The position numbers were made by a program, and so were the translations under genes. Positions 36,941 through 46,768 of a stretch of DNA of 64,000 nt are shown one piece after another. The DNA lies in the NCBI GenBank assembly GCA_038060895.1, contig JBBTCT010000011.1:57919-121918 (forward strand). Reading direction: 5' to 3'. This DNA comes from Planctomycetota bacterium (GTDB taxonomy: Bacteria > Planctomycetota > MHYJ01 > WSZJ01). Numbering within the stretch: the stretch's first letter is position 1; every line of letters begins with the position of its first letter. The notes beneath the pieces were generated by a model that saw only the letters and a list, made by a program, of their open reading frames with translations, ran no database searches and was not told the origin of the DNA.

Positions 36941-38118
36941 GCGCGCACATCCAGCCCGCCGGCGGGAAGCGGCAGCACGGGTTCCAGGGGGCCCTCGGAA
37001 AAGCGGACATCCGCGCGCAGGCCGAGGCGGACCAGCGCTTCCAGCAGCCCCGCCCGGTCCCTTTCGAGCAGGCGGCGGGAGGGGGCGGAAGCGGCGAGAC
37101 TGACGGAAGCGGCGCCGGCGGCGAGCGCGATGACGATCTGCACCAGGCCGAGGCGAGTCAGCTCGAGGGTGACGACCACGCGGGCCGGCGCGGACGGGTC
37201 CGCGGCGCCGCCGGTTCGCGACTCGACGCGGCCGAAGCCGCCTTCGGGGCGGCCGTCCCGGACCCAGCCCAGCGCGAACCACACGACACCGTCGCCGCGC
37301 GAAGCGGCGTCCGCGTTGAGCACCCGCAGGGCCCGCCCGATGTCCCCCAGCGCTCTTGCTGAATCAAGCAGTCCCGTCGCCTCTCCCGCCTCCGGCCGGG
37401 AATTCAGCGCCGCCGCCGCCACACGCGCGGCCTCCGGGCCCTGAAGGGACGCTTCGACAAGAGCTTCAAATGCCGGATTTCCTCGAAGGACTCCAACGGC
37501 GGCCTCGGCTACGAAGTTCGCGCGAATGGAGTTGAGCCCGGCATCTCCTCCGCCGATGGCAGCCTGCAGTTTCGCGAGGAGCGCCCCACGATCGGGCGCG
37601 GGCCCGATCATCAGGTCGAGCGTGTTCCGGAAGTTCGCCAGGGCATCGGAAGACGACGCCTTTCTCGCGGCCGACAGCGCGGCTCCTTCGGCTGCGGGAG
37701 AACGGAGCAGCGCGGCGAGTCCGCGCGCCGCCGCCGGATCCAGGCCCAGTCCCCGTGCGGCAAGGAACCGCGCGGCCGCTTCCCGCGCCGCGTCGCCTCC
37801 CGCAAACGCGCGAACCGCCGCTTCCACGTCCGGTGAAAGCGCCCGCGGTCCCGCCTGGCCCTCTTCCGGCTTCGAAACTGCCGGCCGGATCTCCAGCGTC
37901 AAGGGTTCGGTCGACTTCACCGCGAGTCGCACGCGTTCTCCGACTTCAAGCGCAAGCGCCGTCTCCAGGTCGAGCGACGCCCCGAGCACGCTCAGCCGGA
38001 ACTTCCCCGGTGCGCTCGACGCCACCACAAGCGCATCGAACAGCGAGCCCGGCGCCAGCCGCGCCAGCGCAGCGTCCAGCGGCGCCCGCGGAAACGCCAG
38101 CCCGGCCGCCTCGATCAC
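36937..38118 (-). CDS. FliK-like hook-length-control protein
   Basis: GTGA overlap; C-terminal LELTRLGLV...L...L..LG T3S4-like domain; sits upstream of the FlhB-C gene. Confidence 0.6.
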   Translation of the reverse strand: MIEAAGLAFPRAPLDAALARLAPGSLFDALVVASSAPGKFRLSVLGASLDLETALALEVGERVRLAVKSTEPLTLEIRPAVSKPEEGQAGPRALSPDVEAAVRAFAGGDAAREAAARFLAARGLGLDPAAARGLAALLRSPAAEGAALSAARKASSSDALANFRNTLDLMIGPAPDRGALLAKLQAAIGGGDAGLNSIRANFVAEAAVGVLRGNPAFEALVEASLQGPEAARVAAAALNSRPEAGEATGLLDSARALGDIGRALRVLNADAASRGDGVVWFALGWVRDGRPEGGFGRVESRTGGAADPSAPARVVVTLELTRLGLVQIVIALAAGAASVSLAASAPSRRLLERDRAGLLEALVRLGLRADVRFSEGPLEPVLPLPAGGLDVRA

Positions 38119-38579
38119 GCGCCCTTCCCGCGCAGCCCGAGAATCAGCTCCACCTCGCCGCGCTCCAGCCCCGTCTCCGCGGCGATGTCGGTCGAAGCGC
38201 GCCCGCCGTCGGCGAGGCGAAAGACTTTTTCGTGAAGCGGATTGGCAGGCTTCGATGGTGAAGGCGCGGACACCGCGCCCGCCGCCGACAGTCGCTTCAG
38301 CTCCTCGATCCGAGCTTCCGCCCGCGTCAGCAGCTCGTTCAGTACGCGCACTTTCATGTCGAGCTTCGCCAGCGTCTCGCGCGAAAACTCCTGCAGCTGC
38401 ACGAACAGCGCTTCCATCGAATCCCGCGCTTCGCGCTTCCCCCCGTCGCCGCCGCCCTTTTCCGCCAAGTCCACCCCCGCGCGCCGTTTCATTTTCGCCC
38501 GCTGCACGAACGTCATCGCCGTGAGGACCACGACGCCCAGGGCGACGAGCCACGTCCCCTCGGGAAATGCAGCGAGCAT
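38115..38579 (-). CDS. DUF6115/DUF2802-like membrane protein (TM, coiled coil, HTH)
   Basis: VFRLADGGRASTDIAAETGLERGEVELILGL. Confidence 0.7.
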   Translation of the reverse strand: MLAAFPEGTWLVALGVVVLTAMTFVQRAKMKRRAGVDLAEKGGGDGGKREARDSMEALFVQLQEFSRETLAKLDMKVRVLNELLTRAEARIEELKRLSAAGAVSAPSPSKPANPLHEKVFRLADGGRASTDIAAETGLERGEVELILGLRGKGA

Positions 38580-38594
38580 GAAGCGAGTGTACCG

Positions 38595-40049
38595 CTACTT
38601 CAGGTCGGGATGGAACGACGTGCGATTCTCGCGCCACCAGATCGCCCATTTGCGCGCGGCGCGGCAGCGTTCGGGGAGGGTGCCGGCGGGGTTGTAGTTG
38701 AAATCCTGGCCGGTGATTTTCTTGAGGGCGTTGTTGGCGTCGCGGCGAAACGCGTACCCGGTTCCATAGAGCTTCGGGATCAGCACGTTGGCGCCGGCAG
38801 CGCTGCCTAGCCGTGCGAGGTCGATCGCAACCTCCGGCTGCACCTGCGCCGGCAGTTCCTTGAGATGCGTGTAGACGAACGTGATATCCCGGACGCGCTT
38901 CCGGGCGGCGAGTCCGCGGAGTGCGGCAAAGCGGACTTCCGGATCGAGGGAAGCGTCGTCAGCAAGTTCGCGAAGCCGTTCCTCGACTCGTTCGCCCGTC
39001 AGAAGCGTCGCCGCCCGGGCGATTGTGTCGGCCTCGCACTCGCAGTACCGCCAAATTTCGCGATCAGTCCATTGCTTCAGGTCCTCGGTGGCTTCTCCGA
39101 ACGCCGCAAGTGCCACCGCTGCATTGAATCTAACGGAGGGGCGGTCGACATTCAGCAGTTCCCTGAGCCTGGGCAATGACACTGCCCGCTCGAGCTGAGC
39201 AAGCCTGCCCGCATCCTCTTCGCCAAGATAGAAATCCGCGAATCCGTCCGACGGAAATCGGTTGGCAACGCCCGCATGATCCGGGGACTTCGCGAAGCCT
39301 TCCGCGATCGCGGCGCAAAAACCGGCGTCGCCGGCAAGCAGGTCGTGCGCATCTTTCTTCAGGCCGCTCCCGTAGCGCAGATCGTCAAGCTTGCCTCCGC
39401 GTACAGTTGCGAGCAACGGCTCCCGCTCGCCAAGGCGGTACAGAAAGTAGGGCGTCCATTTCAGTTGCCTGCCATTTTCGCCTCTCAGGAATTCGAGAAG
39501 GATCGCGCGGCAGTCGTCGGCGAGATTGAGATCTTCGCGCACGGCAATCCGGGAAACAGACTTGGGCTTCTTGTCGATGGCTGCGCGGAGAAGCGACGCG
39601 CTCAGAGGCACGTCCGGGTTTTCGAAGTACCCCATCTGGTCGCTTCGTGGCTTGTCCAATTGCAGCTCAAGCGCCGAGGGCAACCGGTCATCTTCCAGGC
39701 TCGCCCAGAGTCCAAGAGCTTCTTCGATAGCCACCCAAGGTCTGACGCGCGGCCCGCCCGGCCCATCTCCTTCGATGATCTCTGACCCAAATTCCCAAGC
39801 GTCCATGAGCTCTTCCATCCGTCGCCGGATTTCCGCGTCTTTCCCCTGAACGTCGGGATGATAGAGCAGCACAGCTTCCGGCCCGATCTCCGCGAGAAGG
39901 AGCTGCGCATTGTCGCGGAGCTTCGCGTCCTCTTCGCCGAGCGCGAGAATGGCGCGCCTGATTTCCTCCTCAGGAGCTTCCGCGCGCGCATCCGGAATGA
40001 AAACGGCGGCCACGAAGGCCGCCGCGAGAATTGTAACGCAGTGCGTCAA
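38595..40049 (-). CDS. Secreted HEAT-repeat protein
   Basis: Signal peptide (PDARA); VRFNAAVALA, VRFAALRGL, LKKITGQDF...WAIWW. Confidence 0.7.
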   Translation of the reverse strand: MTHCVTILAAAFVAAVFIPDARAEAPEEEIRRAILALGEEDAKLRDNAQLLLAEIGPEAVLLYHPDVQGKDAEIRRRMEELMDAWEFGSEIIEGDGPGGPRVRPWVAIEEALGLWASLEDDRLPSALELQLDKPRSDQMGYFENPDVPLSASLLRAAIDKKPKSVSRIAVREDLNLADDCRAILLEFLRGENGRQLKWTPYFLYRLGEREPLLATVRGGKLDDLRYGSGLKKDAHDLLAGDAGFCAAIAEGFAKSPDHAGVANRFPSDGFADFYLGEEDAGRLAQLERAVSLPRLRELLNVDRPSVRFNAAVALAAFGEATEDLKQWTDREIWRYCECEADTIARAATLLTGERVEERLRELADDASLDPEVRFAALRGLAARKRVRDITFVYTHLKELPAQVQPEVAIDLARLGSAAGANVLIPKLYGTGYAFRRDANNALKKITGQDFNYNPAGTLPERCRAARKWAIWWRENRTSFHPDLK

Positions 40050-40051
40050 GA

Positions 40052-41242
40052 CTAAAGCCTCTCGACGATCATCGCGATCCCCTGTCCGCCGCCGATGCAG
40101 GCGCTGGCGACGCCGAACTTCTTGCCGCGGCGCTTGAGCTCGCCGAGCAGGGTGATCACGAGGCGGGTGCCGGTCGCGGCGAGCGGGTGACCGATCGCGA
40201 CGGCGCCGCCGTTGACGTTGGCCTTCGAGCGGTCCAGACCGAGTTCTTTTTCCACCGCGAGGTACTGCGCGGAGAAAGCCTCGTTGATTTCAAACAGGTC
40301 GATCTGGTCGAGCTTGAGGCCGGCGCGCTCGCAGGCCTTGCGGATGGCCGGTGCGGGGCCGATCCCCATAATCGACGGATCCACGCCGACCGTCGCCCAC
40401 GATACGATCCGCCCGATCGGCGCGAGGCCGTCTGCTTTCGCGCGCTTCGCCGTCGTCAGCACGACCGCTGCGCCGGCATCGACGATCCCGCTCGCGTTTC
40501 CGGCCGTCACCGTGCCGTCCTTTCCAAACGCCGGGTTCAACGCCGCCAGCTGCTCGAGCGAGGTCTCCGGCTTGATGTGGTCGTCCTTGTCCCACAGCCC
40601 CTTTTTCAGGGCGACGGGGATGATCTCTTCCTTGAAAATCCCGCTCTGCACCGCGCGCGTGCCCTCCTTGTGCGAGCGCATCGCGAACTCGTCCTGCGCC
40701 TGGCGCGTGATTCCGTACTGCTTCGCCAGTTTCTCGGCGGTCTGCGCCATGTAGAGGCCGCAGAAGCCGTCGAGCAGATTGACCATGAGCGAGTCCTCGA
40801 TCACCGGCTGCTGCCCGAGTCTCAACCCCTGCCCGCGCATTCCGCGGATCACGTGCGGCGCCTGCGACATGTTCTCCATGCCGCCCGCCACCGCGACCTC
40901 GATCTCCCCCGTCAGGATCATCTGCGCCGACGAAATAATCGACTGCACGCCGCTTCCGCACAGCCGGTTCACCGTCAGCGCCGGCACCGTGTTCGGGATC
41001 CCCGCCTTGAGCGCCGCATGCCGCGCGCCGTAGATCGAGTCCGCGCCCGTCTGCATTGCGTTCCCCATCACCACGTGCTCGACCGCCTCGGGCTTCACCT
41101 TCGCCCGCTCCAGCGCCGCCTTGATCGCGTGCGCACCCAGCTCGTTCGCGCTCACGTCCTTGAACGCCCCGCCCCCCGGAGTGCCGACGTACTCGGCCAT
41201 CGCAGTCCGGGCGCCGGCGAGAATGACGAGGTCTTCGGCCAT
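40052..41242 (-). CDS. Thiolase (acetyl-CoA C-acyltransferase)
   Basis: VNRLCGSG, NEAF, GHPLAATG, ACIGGGQG. Confidence 0.95.
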   Translation of the reverse strand: MAEDLVILAGARTAMAEYVGTPGGGAFKDVSANELGAHAIKAALERAKVKPEAVEHVVMGNAMQTGADSIYGARHAALKAGIPNTVPALTVNRLCGSGVQSIISSAQMILTGEIEVAVAGGMENMSQAPHVIRGMRGQGLRLGQQPVIEDSLMVNLLDGFCGLYMAQTAEKLAKQYGITRQAQDEFAMRSHKEGTRAVQSGIFKEEIIPVALKKGLWDKDDHIKPETSLEQLAALNPAFGKDGTVTAGNASGIVDAGAAVVLTTAKRAKADGLAPIGRIVSWATVGVDPSIMGIGPAPAIRKACERAGLKLDQIDLFEINEAFSAQYLAVEKELGLDRSKANVNGGAVAIGHPLAATGTRLVITLLGELKRRGKKFGVASACIGGGQGIAMIVERL

Positions 41243-41336
41243 GGCTTTCCCCTTGTTTGGCGACCTGGAAGCGACGTCGAATGCCGTCAGCGTAACTCCG
41301 GCGCGGCGGGGCGGGAATGAAACTCTGAAGCGGCGG

Positions 41337-41735
41337 TCAGGGCATGAGGCGGACCACGCCAACACGGGGAATGCGTTGGAAGTCGGCGTCGAATGTCAGA
41401 ACTGTCGTGCCGTCCTGAAGAGCAAGCGCGGCGATCCAGATGTCGTTGGTGGAGGCCTTGAAGCCCGACAGTTTCAACTCCGCGAACAGCTCGCCATAGA
41501 TTTCCGAGGTTTCTTCGTCCACGTGCAGGACACGGATGGCGGGCTGGGCCAGAAAATCGGCAAGCCCCGTCTCGTTTTCAGTCTCGTGTTTCCCGTTACG
41601 AAAGCCCGCCTTCAATTCGCCCAGTGTCACGACTGGCATCGCCACAACGGATGCGCGCCGGATGAGCCTGACAGCTTCTGCGTGCCCGCGGACGAAGTGA
41701 GAGTAGGCGGAAGTGTCGAGGCAGATTCGGCTCAC
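41337..41735 (-). CDS. vapC: VapC PIN-domain toxin
   Basis: LDTSAY, GELKAG, NDIWIAA, LTFDADF. Confidence 0.9.
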   Translation of the reverse strand: MSRICLDTSAYSHFVRGHAEAVRLIRRASVVAMPVVTLGELKAGFRNGKHETENETGLADFLAQPAIRVLHVDEETSEIYGELFAELKLSGFKASTNDIWIAALALQDGTTVLTFDADFQRIPRVGVVRLMP

Positions 41736-42010
41736 TTCCAGAGGTCCTCGTCAATTTCGCCGAACGAAGCCGTGTTTCGCTGGAATTCCTGGAATTGTTC
41801 CTCAGACCAGGTGCCGGCAAAGCGCCCCAGGCCGTTGTCGAACTCTTTGCGGGCGATGCCGAGGCCGAGAGCCTTTCGCAACAGGTCTATCACAGTCTGG
41901 TTCAGAGAGGTGCCCTTCCGCGTTCGTTCCGAGGCAAGGGCCCTGGCGAGGACGGGATCAACTCCTCGCACCGTGAGGTACGTTCGAACTACTTCTCGCT
42001 TCGTAGTCAT
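41732..42010 (-). CDS. RHH antitoxin (VapB-like)
   Basis: LTVRGVD...SLNQTVIDLL...FAGTWS...IDEDLWK; GTGA overlap with the toxin gene. Confidence 0.8.
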   Translation of the reverse strand: MTTKREVVRTYLTVRGVDPVLARALASERTRKGTSLNQTVIDLLRKALGLGIARKEFDNGLGRFAGTWSEEQFQEFQRNTASFGEIDEDLWK

Positions 42011-42075
42011 GAGATGCATTCTATGCATTCACTTGCCTGCATTCAAGCTCAACCGCCCGAATTCAATCTCAAGCA

Positions 42076-42852
42076 CTACTTTCCTTTGTAGACAGGCTTC
42101 CTCTTCTCCACGAACGCCTTTGTCCCTTCCTTCATGTCCTCGGTGGCGAAGGCGAGGCCGAAGTGCGACGCCTCGAGAAGTTGGCCCTCGGCGAGCGACA
42201 GGCCCGAGCCGCCAATAACGCACTCGAGCGCGAGCTTCAGCGCGACGGGCGCGCGGCTGGCAAGTTTCGTCGCAAACGCAGTCGCCTCTTCGACCAGCTT
42301 CACCTGCTCGAACACTCGGTTCACGAGTCCGATCCTGTGGGCTTCCGCAGCGTCCATCAGGTCGCCGCTGAGGATCCATTCGAGGGCGCGGCCGGTGCCG
42401 ACAATGCGGGGCAGGCGCTGGGAGCCGCCGAATCCCTGGATGAGTCCGAGGGTGACTTCGGGAGCGCCAAGCTTGGCGTTGGGAGAAGCGAAGCGAACGT
42501 GGCAGGCGAGGGCGAGTTCGCAACCGCCACCGAGGGCGAAGCCGTTGAGGGCGGCGACGACGGGTTTGCCGCAGTTTTCGATGCGGTCGAACGCGCGCTG
42601 GCCGCGAAGGGCGAACTGGTAGGCGTCGGAGGGCGAGAGTGCGGACATCTCGGCGATGTCGGCGCCGGCAACGAAGGCTTTTTCGCCGGACCCGGTGAGC
42701 ACGACCGCGCGCACGCTGTCGTCTTTCGCCGTCTCAGCGAAAATCGCGTCAATGTCCGCGATCACCTGCGAATTCAGCGCATTGAGTTTGTCCGGCCGGT
42801 TGACCGTGATGCGCCGGACCGAGTTCGCGTCCTGTACGAGAAGCGTCGACAT
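42076..42852 (-). CDS. Enoyl-CoA hydratase (crotonase)
   Basis: NRPDKLNAL, AFVAGADI, GFALGGGCELALAC, PEVTLG, EGTKAFVEKRKP. Confidence 0.92.
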   Translation of the reverse strand: MSTLLVQDANSVRRITVNRPDKLNALNSQVIADIDAIFAETAKDDSVRAVVLTGSGEKAFVAGADIAEMSALSPSDAYQFALRGQRAFDRIENCGKPVVAALNGFALGGGCELALACHVRFASPNAKLGAPEVTLGLIQGFGGSQRLPRIVGTGRALEWILSGDLMDAAEAHRIGLVNRVFEQVKLVEEATAFATKLASRAPVALKLALECVIGGSGLSLAEGQLLEASHFGLAFATEDMKEGTKAFVEKRKPVYKGK

Positions 42853-42864
42853 GGATCCCCTCCG

Positions 42865-42894
42865 AAAAAAAAGGCCCGCCAGTTTCGGCGAGCC
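42865..42894 (-). terminator. Intrinsic terminator after the cyclophilin genes
   Basis: ggctcgcc-gaaact-ggcgggcc-TTTTTTTT on the minus strand. Confidence 0.75.
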
Positions 42895-42939
42895 CCAAGA
42901 AGTTGTCGTTCCTGCCTGCTACCCCCTACCCACTACCAC

Positions 42940-43404
42940 CTATTCCTCAACCACCGTCACCGACACCAGCTTCACTTCACTCTTCGGCCTGTCATTCGCA
43001 CCAACCGGCACCTTCTCGATCTCCTGTACCACCTTGATCCCGTCAACCACCTTCCCGAACGCCGTGTACTGCCCGTCCAGATGCGGCGCCGCGGCGAAGC
43101 AGATGTAGAACTGGCATCCCGCGCTGTTCGGCGCGCTCGTCCGCGCCATCGAAAGCGTCCCCAGCACGTGCTTAGTGTCGTTGAACTCGTCCTTGATCGT
43201 GTATCCCGGCCCGCCGGTGCCGGTCCCCTGCGGACAGCCGCCCTGCATCATGAACCCGCGGATGATCCGGTGGAAAATCTTGTTGTCGTAGAACTTCGAC
43301 TTCGCCAGCTTCAGGAAGTTCTCCACCGTCTTCGGCGCCTTCTCCGGCAGCAACTCCACCGTGATGTCGCCGAAACTCGTCGCGATCAACACCTTCTTCG
43401 CCAT
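42940..43404 (-). CDS. Cyclophilin-type PPIase (cytoplasmic)
   Basis: APKTVENF, FHRIIRGFMMQGG, SMAR, QFYI, HLDGQYTAFG. Confidence 0.95.
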   Translation of the reverse strand: MAKKVLIATSFGDITVELLPEKAPKTVENFLKLAKSKFYDNKIFHRIIRGFMMQGGCPQGTGTGGPGYTIKDEFNDTKHVLGTLSMARTSAPNSAGCQFYICFAAAPHLDGQYTAFGKVVDGIKVVQEIEKVPVGANDRPKSEVKLVSVTVVEE

Positions 43405-43424
43405 GGCGCTGCCCCCCCCTAGGA

Positions 43425-44303
43425 TTAATCCGTCTTCTTCTTCTCGTGCCAGACCACCTTCTTCATCACGGGCGCCACCAGCGGCTTCCCGAATTTCGGA
43501 TCGGTCTGCGGCTTCGGAATCAGCTTCACGTCCCGCTCGATCTGGAACACGACGTCCATCCCTTCCATCACCTTCCCGAACGTCGTGTGCTTCCCGTCCA
43601 GCCACGGCGTCGCGACGTAGCAGATGAAGAACTGCGTGCTGCCCGTGTCCGGGCCGCCCTTCGCCATCGAGAGAATGCCCGGCGCGTGCGCGATCGGGGA
43701 GGGCTCGTCCTTGATCGTGAACCCGGGCTCCCCCGTGCCGTCGCCACGTTCCTTGTCGCCGCCCTGCATCATGAAGCGCGGGATGATGCGGTGAACCGGC
43801 ACGTTGTCGTAGTACCCCTTCAGCGCCAGCCCCTTGAAGTTCTCGACCGTCTTCGGAACCTTGTCCCCGTAGAAGCGGCAATAGACCGTGCCGAAATCGA
43901 CGTACTGAATTTCCGCGTATTCCGCGACGATCTCGATCTCCTGCTTGCGGGGCTCGGCCGTGCCGAACACCGTGTGCTTCCACGTGACGACGTAGGATCC
44001 CGGCGTTCCCAGGTCCGGGAAACACTTCACGAGATTGAAGCGGTGCGACACGGTCTCGCCGGCGCCGAGCGTGAACGCGCCAAGATCGTCGCACTGGGAC
44101 ATCTTCAGCTCTTTCCCGTCCTTCGTGGCGACGGTCAACCCGTCGCAGAATCCCTTTTCAACCTTCAGCGGCTGGTCCCCGTCGTTCGTGACGCCGAGAG
44201 TGACCATCGCGCGGTCAAACCCGCCGGCCTCGGGAACGTCGAACACAGGCTTCGCGGCCAGCGCGAGGCCCGTCATCAGTGCGAGCAGGGCGATCGTTCT
44301 CAT
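43425..44303 (-). CDS. Secreted cyclophilin-type PPIase with Ig-like N-domain
   Basis: Signal peptide; HRIIPRFMMQGG, QFFI, WLDGKHTTFG. Confidence 0.9.
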   Translation of the reverse strand: MRTIALLALMTGLALAAKPVFDVPEAGGFDRAMVTLGVTNDGDQPLKVEKGFCDGLTVATKDGKELKMSQCDDLGAFTLGAGETVSHRFNLVKCFPDLGTPGSYVVTWKHTVFGTAEPRKQEIEIVAEYAEIQYVDFGTVYCRFYGDKVPKTVENFKGLALKGYYDNVPVHRIIPRFMMQGGDKERGDGTGEPGFTIKDEPSPIAHAPGILSMAKGGPDTGSTQFFICYVATPWLDGKHTTFGKVMEGMDVVFQIERDVKLIPKPQTDPKFGKPLVAPVMKKVVWHEKKKTD

Positions 44304-44403
44304 GAATCCTCCGGGAATCCCCCGTGGGGCGGTTTTGAAGAGGCGGAAGCGTACGGCGGGGGGAGGCGGTCGTCAATTGGAAGGCGTGCGAGGGAACGAC
44401 CAG

Positions 44404-44522
44404 GACAACTCCAAAACTTGTCCATCGAAGCCCGAAGGGCGAAGGCGGATCCCAACCCCAACTCCAGCTCCAAAACGGCGCCGTTTTGGGGTTGGAGTCG
44501 GGGTTGGGATCTGGAGTTGTCG
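44404..44522. repeat. Inverted hexamer-repeat element (GACAACTCCA family); half copy at 51428-51478
   Basis: ccaaccccaactccagctccaaaacgg|cg|ccgttttggggttggagtcggggttgg, flanked by GACAACTCCA and TGGAGTTGTC. Confidence 0.75.
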
Positions 44523-44554
44523 TGGCCCTGTTCCCAGGCCCACGGAATCACCAC

Positions 44555-44812
44555 CTACTGCGCCTTCCGTCTCGTCCCGAGGTCGATCAAGAGTCCACCA
44601 GAGTAGTACAGGATCGCGTTGAAGAAGAAGGTGAACGCGAGGGCGGGAAGGGCGGTCTTGCAGATCTTGAAGCCGATGAACCAGCCCGGAAATTCAACGA
44701 CGAGCCCGACTGCGACGATGACGTTTGCAACCGGGCCCGGCACGACCTGGGCTACGAACAACAGCAGGAACGCGATGGCGTGAACGATCATGAGAATGGC
44801 GGGGGTTTTCAT
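44555..44812 (-). CDS. Small membrane protein (about 3 TM segments)
   Basis: Hydrophobic ORF; ATGA overlap with the hydratase gene. Confidence 0.6.
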   Translation of the reverse strand: MKTPAILMIVHAIAFLLLFVAQVVPGPVANVIVAVGLVVEFPGWFIGFKICKTALPALAFTFFFNAILYYSGGLLIDLGTRRKAQ

Positions 44813-45546
44813 CGGTCCTTCCATTGGGGCGGGCGCTTCTCGAGGAAAGCGTTGAGCCCCTCGGAGGCATCCGCGGTTTTCATGAGGGCCCCCAGGTAGA
44901 TCTCTTCGATGCGGGTCAGGTCGAGGTCGGCAAGCGCCCGGCGTGACTCGCGGAGGGCGGCGGCCGAGTGACGGGTGAAGAGTGACGCTTCGGCCTCCAC
45001 TGCGGCGTCGAGTTCGGCCGCGGGGACGGAACGCGTGGCGAGGCCAATCTCGGCGGCGGCGCGGCCCGTGATGGTTTCACCGGACAGGATGAGCCGGCGC
45101 GCGCGGGTTTCGCCGACAATTCCTCGGAGCACGGCGCAGGCGACGGGCGGAAAAACGCCGAGGCGGATTTCAGGGAAGCCGATCTTCGAGTCGTCGGTCA
45201 CGACCACCGAATCGCACGCGAGAAGGAGTTCGGCGGCGCCACCGAGGCAATTCCCCTGGACTCGCGCCACGAGAGCGCAGGGGAGATCGACGAGCGCGCG
45301 GAAAAGCTCATGGAAGCGGCGGATCATGGGCTCGCAGGTCGGGCCGACGTGTTCCCCGACATCGACGCCGGCGCTGAACGACTTCCCTTCCCCGGAGAGG
45401 ATGCAGCAACGGACGCTCTTCCAGTCGGCCTGGCGGATCGCGGCGAGGGCTTCTTCCATCAGGGCGAGGTTGATGACGTTGACGGGTGGATGAGCGAGCG
45501 TGAAGCGCGCGACCGGAGGGTTGATTTTGAGGGAAACGAGGGGCAT
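44809..45546 (-). CDS. Enoyl-CoA hydratase/isomerase family protein
   Basis: [38 protein letters not shown]. Confidence 0.88.
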   Translation of the reverse strand: MPLVSLKINPPVARFTLAHPPVNVINLALMEEALAAIRQADWKSVRCCILSGEGKSFSAGVDVGEHVGPTCEPMIRRFHELFRALVDLPCALVARVQGNCLGGAAELLLACDSVVVTDDSKIGFPEIRLGVFPPVACAVLRGIVGETRARRLILSGETITGRAAAEIGLATRSVPAAELDAAVEAEASLFTRHSAAALRESRRALADLDLTRIEEIYLGALMKTADASEGLNAFLEKRPPQWKDR

Positions 45547-46728
45547 CTACGGCGCCGTGAAGCTCACGGCCATTCCCTGGCCGCCGCTGATGCAGAGCGT
45601 CGCGAGGCCGCGCTTTGCCGAGCGGCGCCGCATTTCGTGCAGAAGCGTCGCTACGATGCGGGCGCCGGTGGCGCCGATCGGGTGGCCAAGGGCGATGGAG
45701 CCGCCGTTGACGTTGAGGCGGGCGCGGTCGAATTTCAGCTCGCGGTCGCAGGCGAGGACCTGGGCGGCGAAGGCCTCGTTGAGCTCGACGAGGTCGTAGT
45801 CGGCGAGGCGCGTCGATGTTTTTTTTTCGAGGGCGCGGATCGCCGGCACCGGGCCGATTCCCATGACGCGCGGTTCGACACCCGCAATCTCCCAGGCCTC
45901 GATGCGCGCTAGCGGTTTGGCGCCCAGCTTCTTCGCGGTTTCGGCGGACGCAAGCACGAGAGCCGAAGCGCCGTCCGTGATCCCGCTGGAATTCCCGGCG
46001 TGGACCGTGCCGGTCTTCCTGAAAACGGGAGGGAGCTTTGCGAGGCTTTCGAGGGTCGCGCCGTCGCGGGCGTGCTCGTCAGATTCAAAACGGGCGGTCT
46101 TCCCCTTCGAATCCGGGACGTCAACCGCGACCATCTCGTCGCGGAACTTTCCAGCCTTTCGGGCGGCTTCGCAGCGATGCTGCGTCTCGACCGCGTACTC
46201 GTCCTGCTCCTGCCGCGTGATTCCGAACTGCTCGGCGAGCACTTCGGCGGTCTCCCCCATCAGCATGTCCGCGAGCGGGCACATGAACCCGTCCTTGTAC
46301 ATGCCGTCCACGACTTCCCCGTGCCCGAGCCGGTAGCCGTCGCGGTATCCCGTAAGAAAGAACGGCAGCCTCGACATGGACTCCGTTCCGCCGGCGAGCC
46401 CGATCTCGATTTCGCCGTGACGAATCTGCCGCGCAATGTCGACGATCGCCTGGAGCCCGCTCCCGCACGCGCGGTTCACCGTCATCGCGGGGGTAGCGAC
46501 CGGAATGCCGGCGCGCACGGAGATCTGCCGCGCCACGTTGGGCCCGCCACCGGCCTGCCGCCCGTTGCCGAATTCGACGTCCTGCACCTGTTCGGGCTTC
46601 ACCCCGGCCGCCGCAAGCGCACCTTTCGCCACGACCACGCCAAGGTCCGCCGCCGACATCCCCTTCAGCGTCCCGCCGAATTTTCCGATCGGCGTCCGCA
46701 CGGCGCTCAGGATCACCACGTCGTTCAT
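45547..46728 (-). CDS. Thiolase (acetyl-CoA C-acetyltransferase)
   Basis: [38 protein letters not shown]. Confidence 0.95.
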   Translation of the reverse strand: MNDVVILSAVRTPIGKFGGTLKGMSAADLGVVVAKGALAAAGVKPEQVQDVEFGNGRQAGGGPNVARQISVRAGIPVATPAMTVNRACGSGLQAIVDIARQIRHGEIEIGLAGGTESMSRLPFFLTGYRDGYRLGHGEVVDGMYKDGFMCPLADMLMGETAEVLAEQFGITRQEQDEYAVETQHRCEAARKAGKFRDEMVAVDVPDSKGKTARFESDEHARDGATLESLAKLPPVFRKTGTVHAGNSSGITDGASALVLASAETAKKLGAKPLARIEAWEIAGVEPRVMGIGPVPAIRALEKKTSTRLADYDLVELNEAFAAQVLACDRELKFDRARLNVNGGSIALGHPIGATGARIVATLLHEMRRRSAKRGLATLCISGGQGMAVSFTAP

Positions 46729-46768
46729 GCGGCCATTCTCCCTTCGCCCGCTCCCGCGCGCCAGCGAA

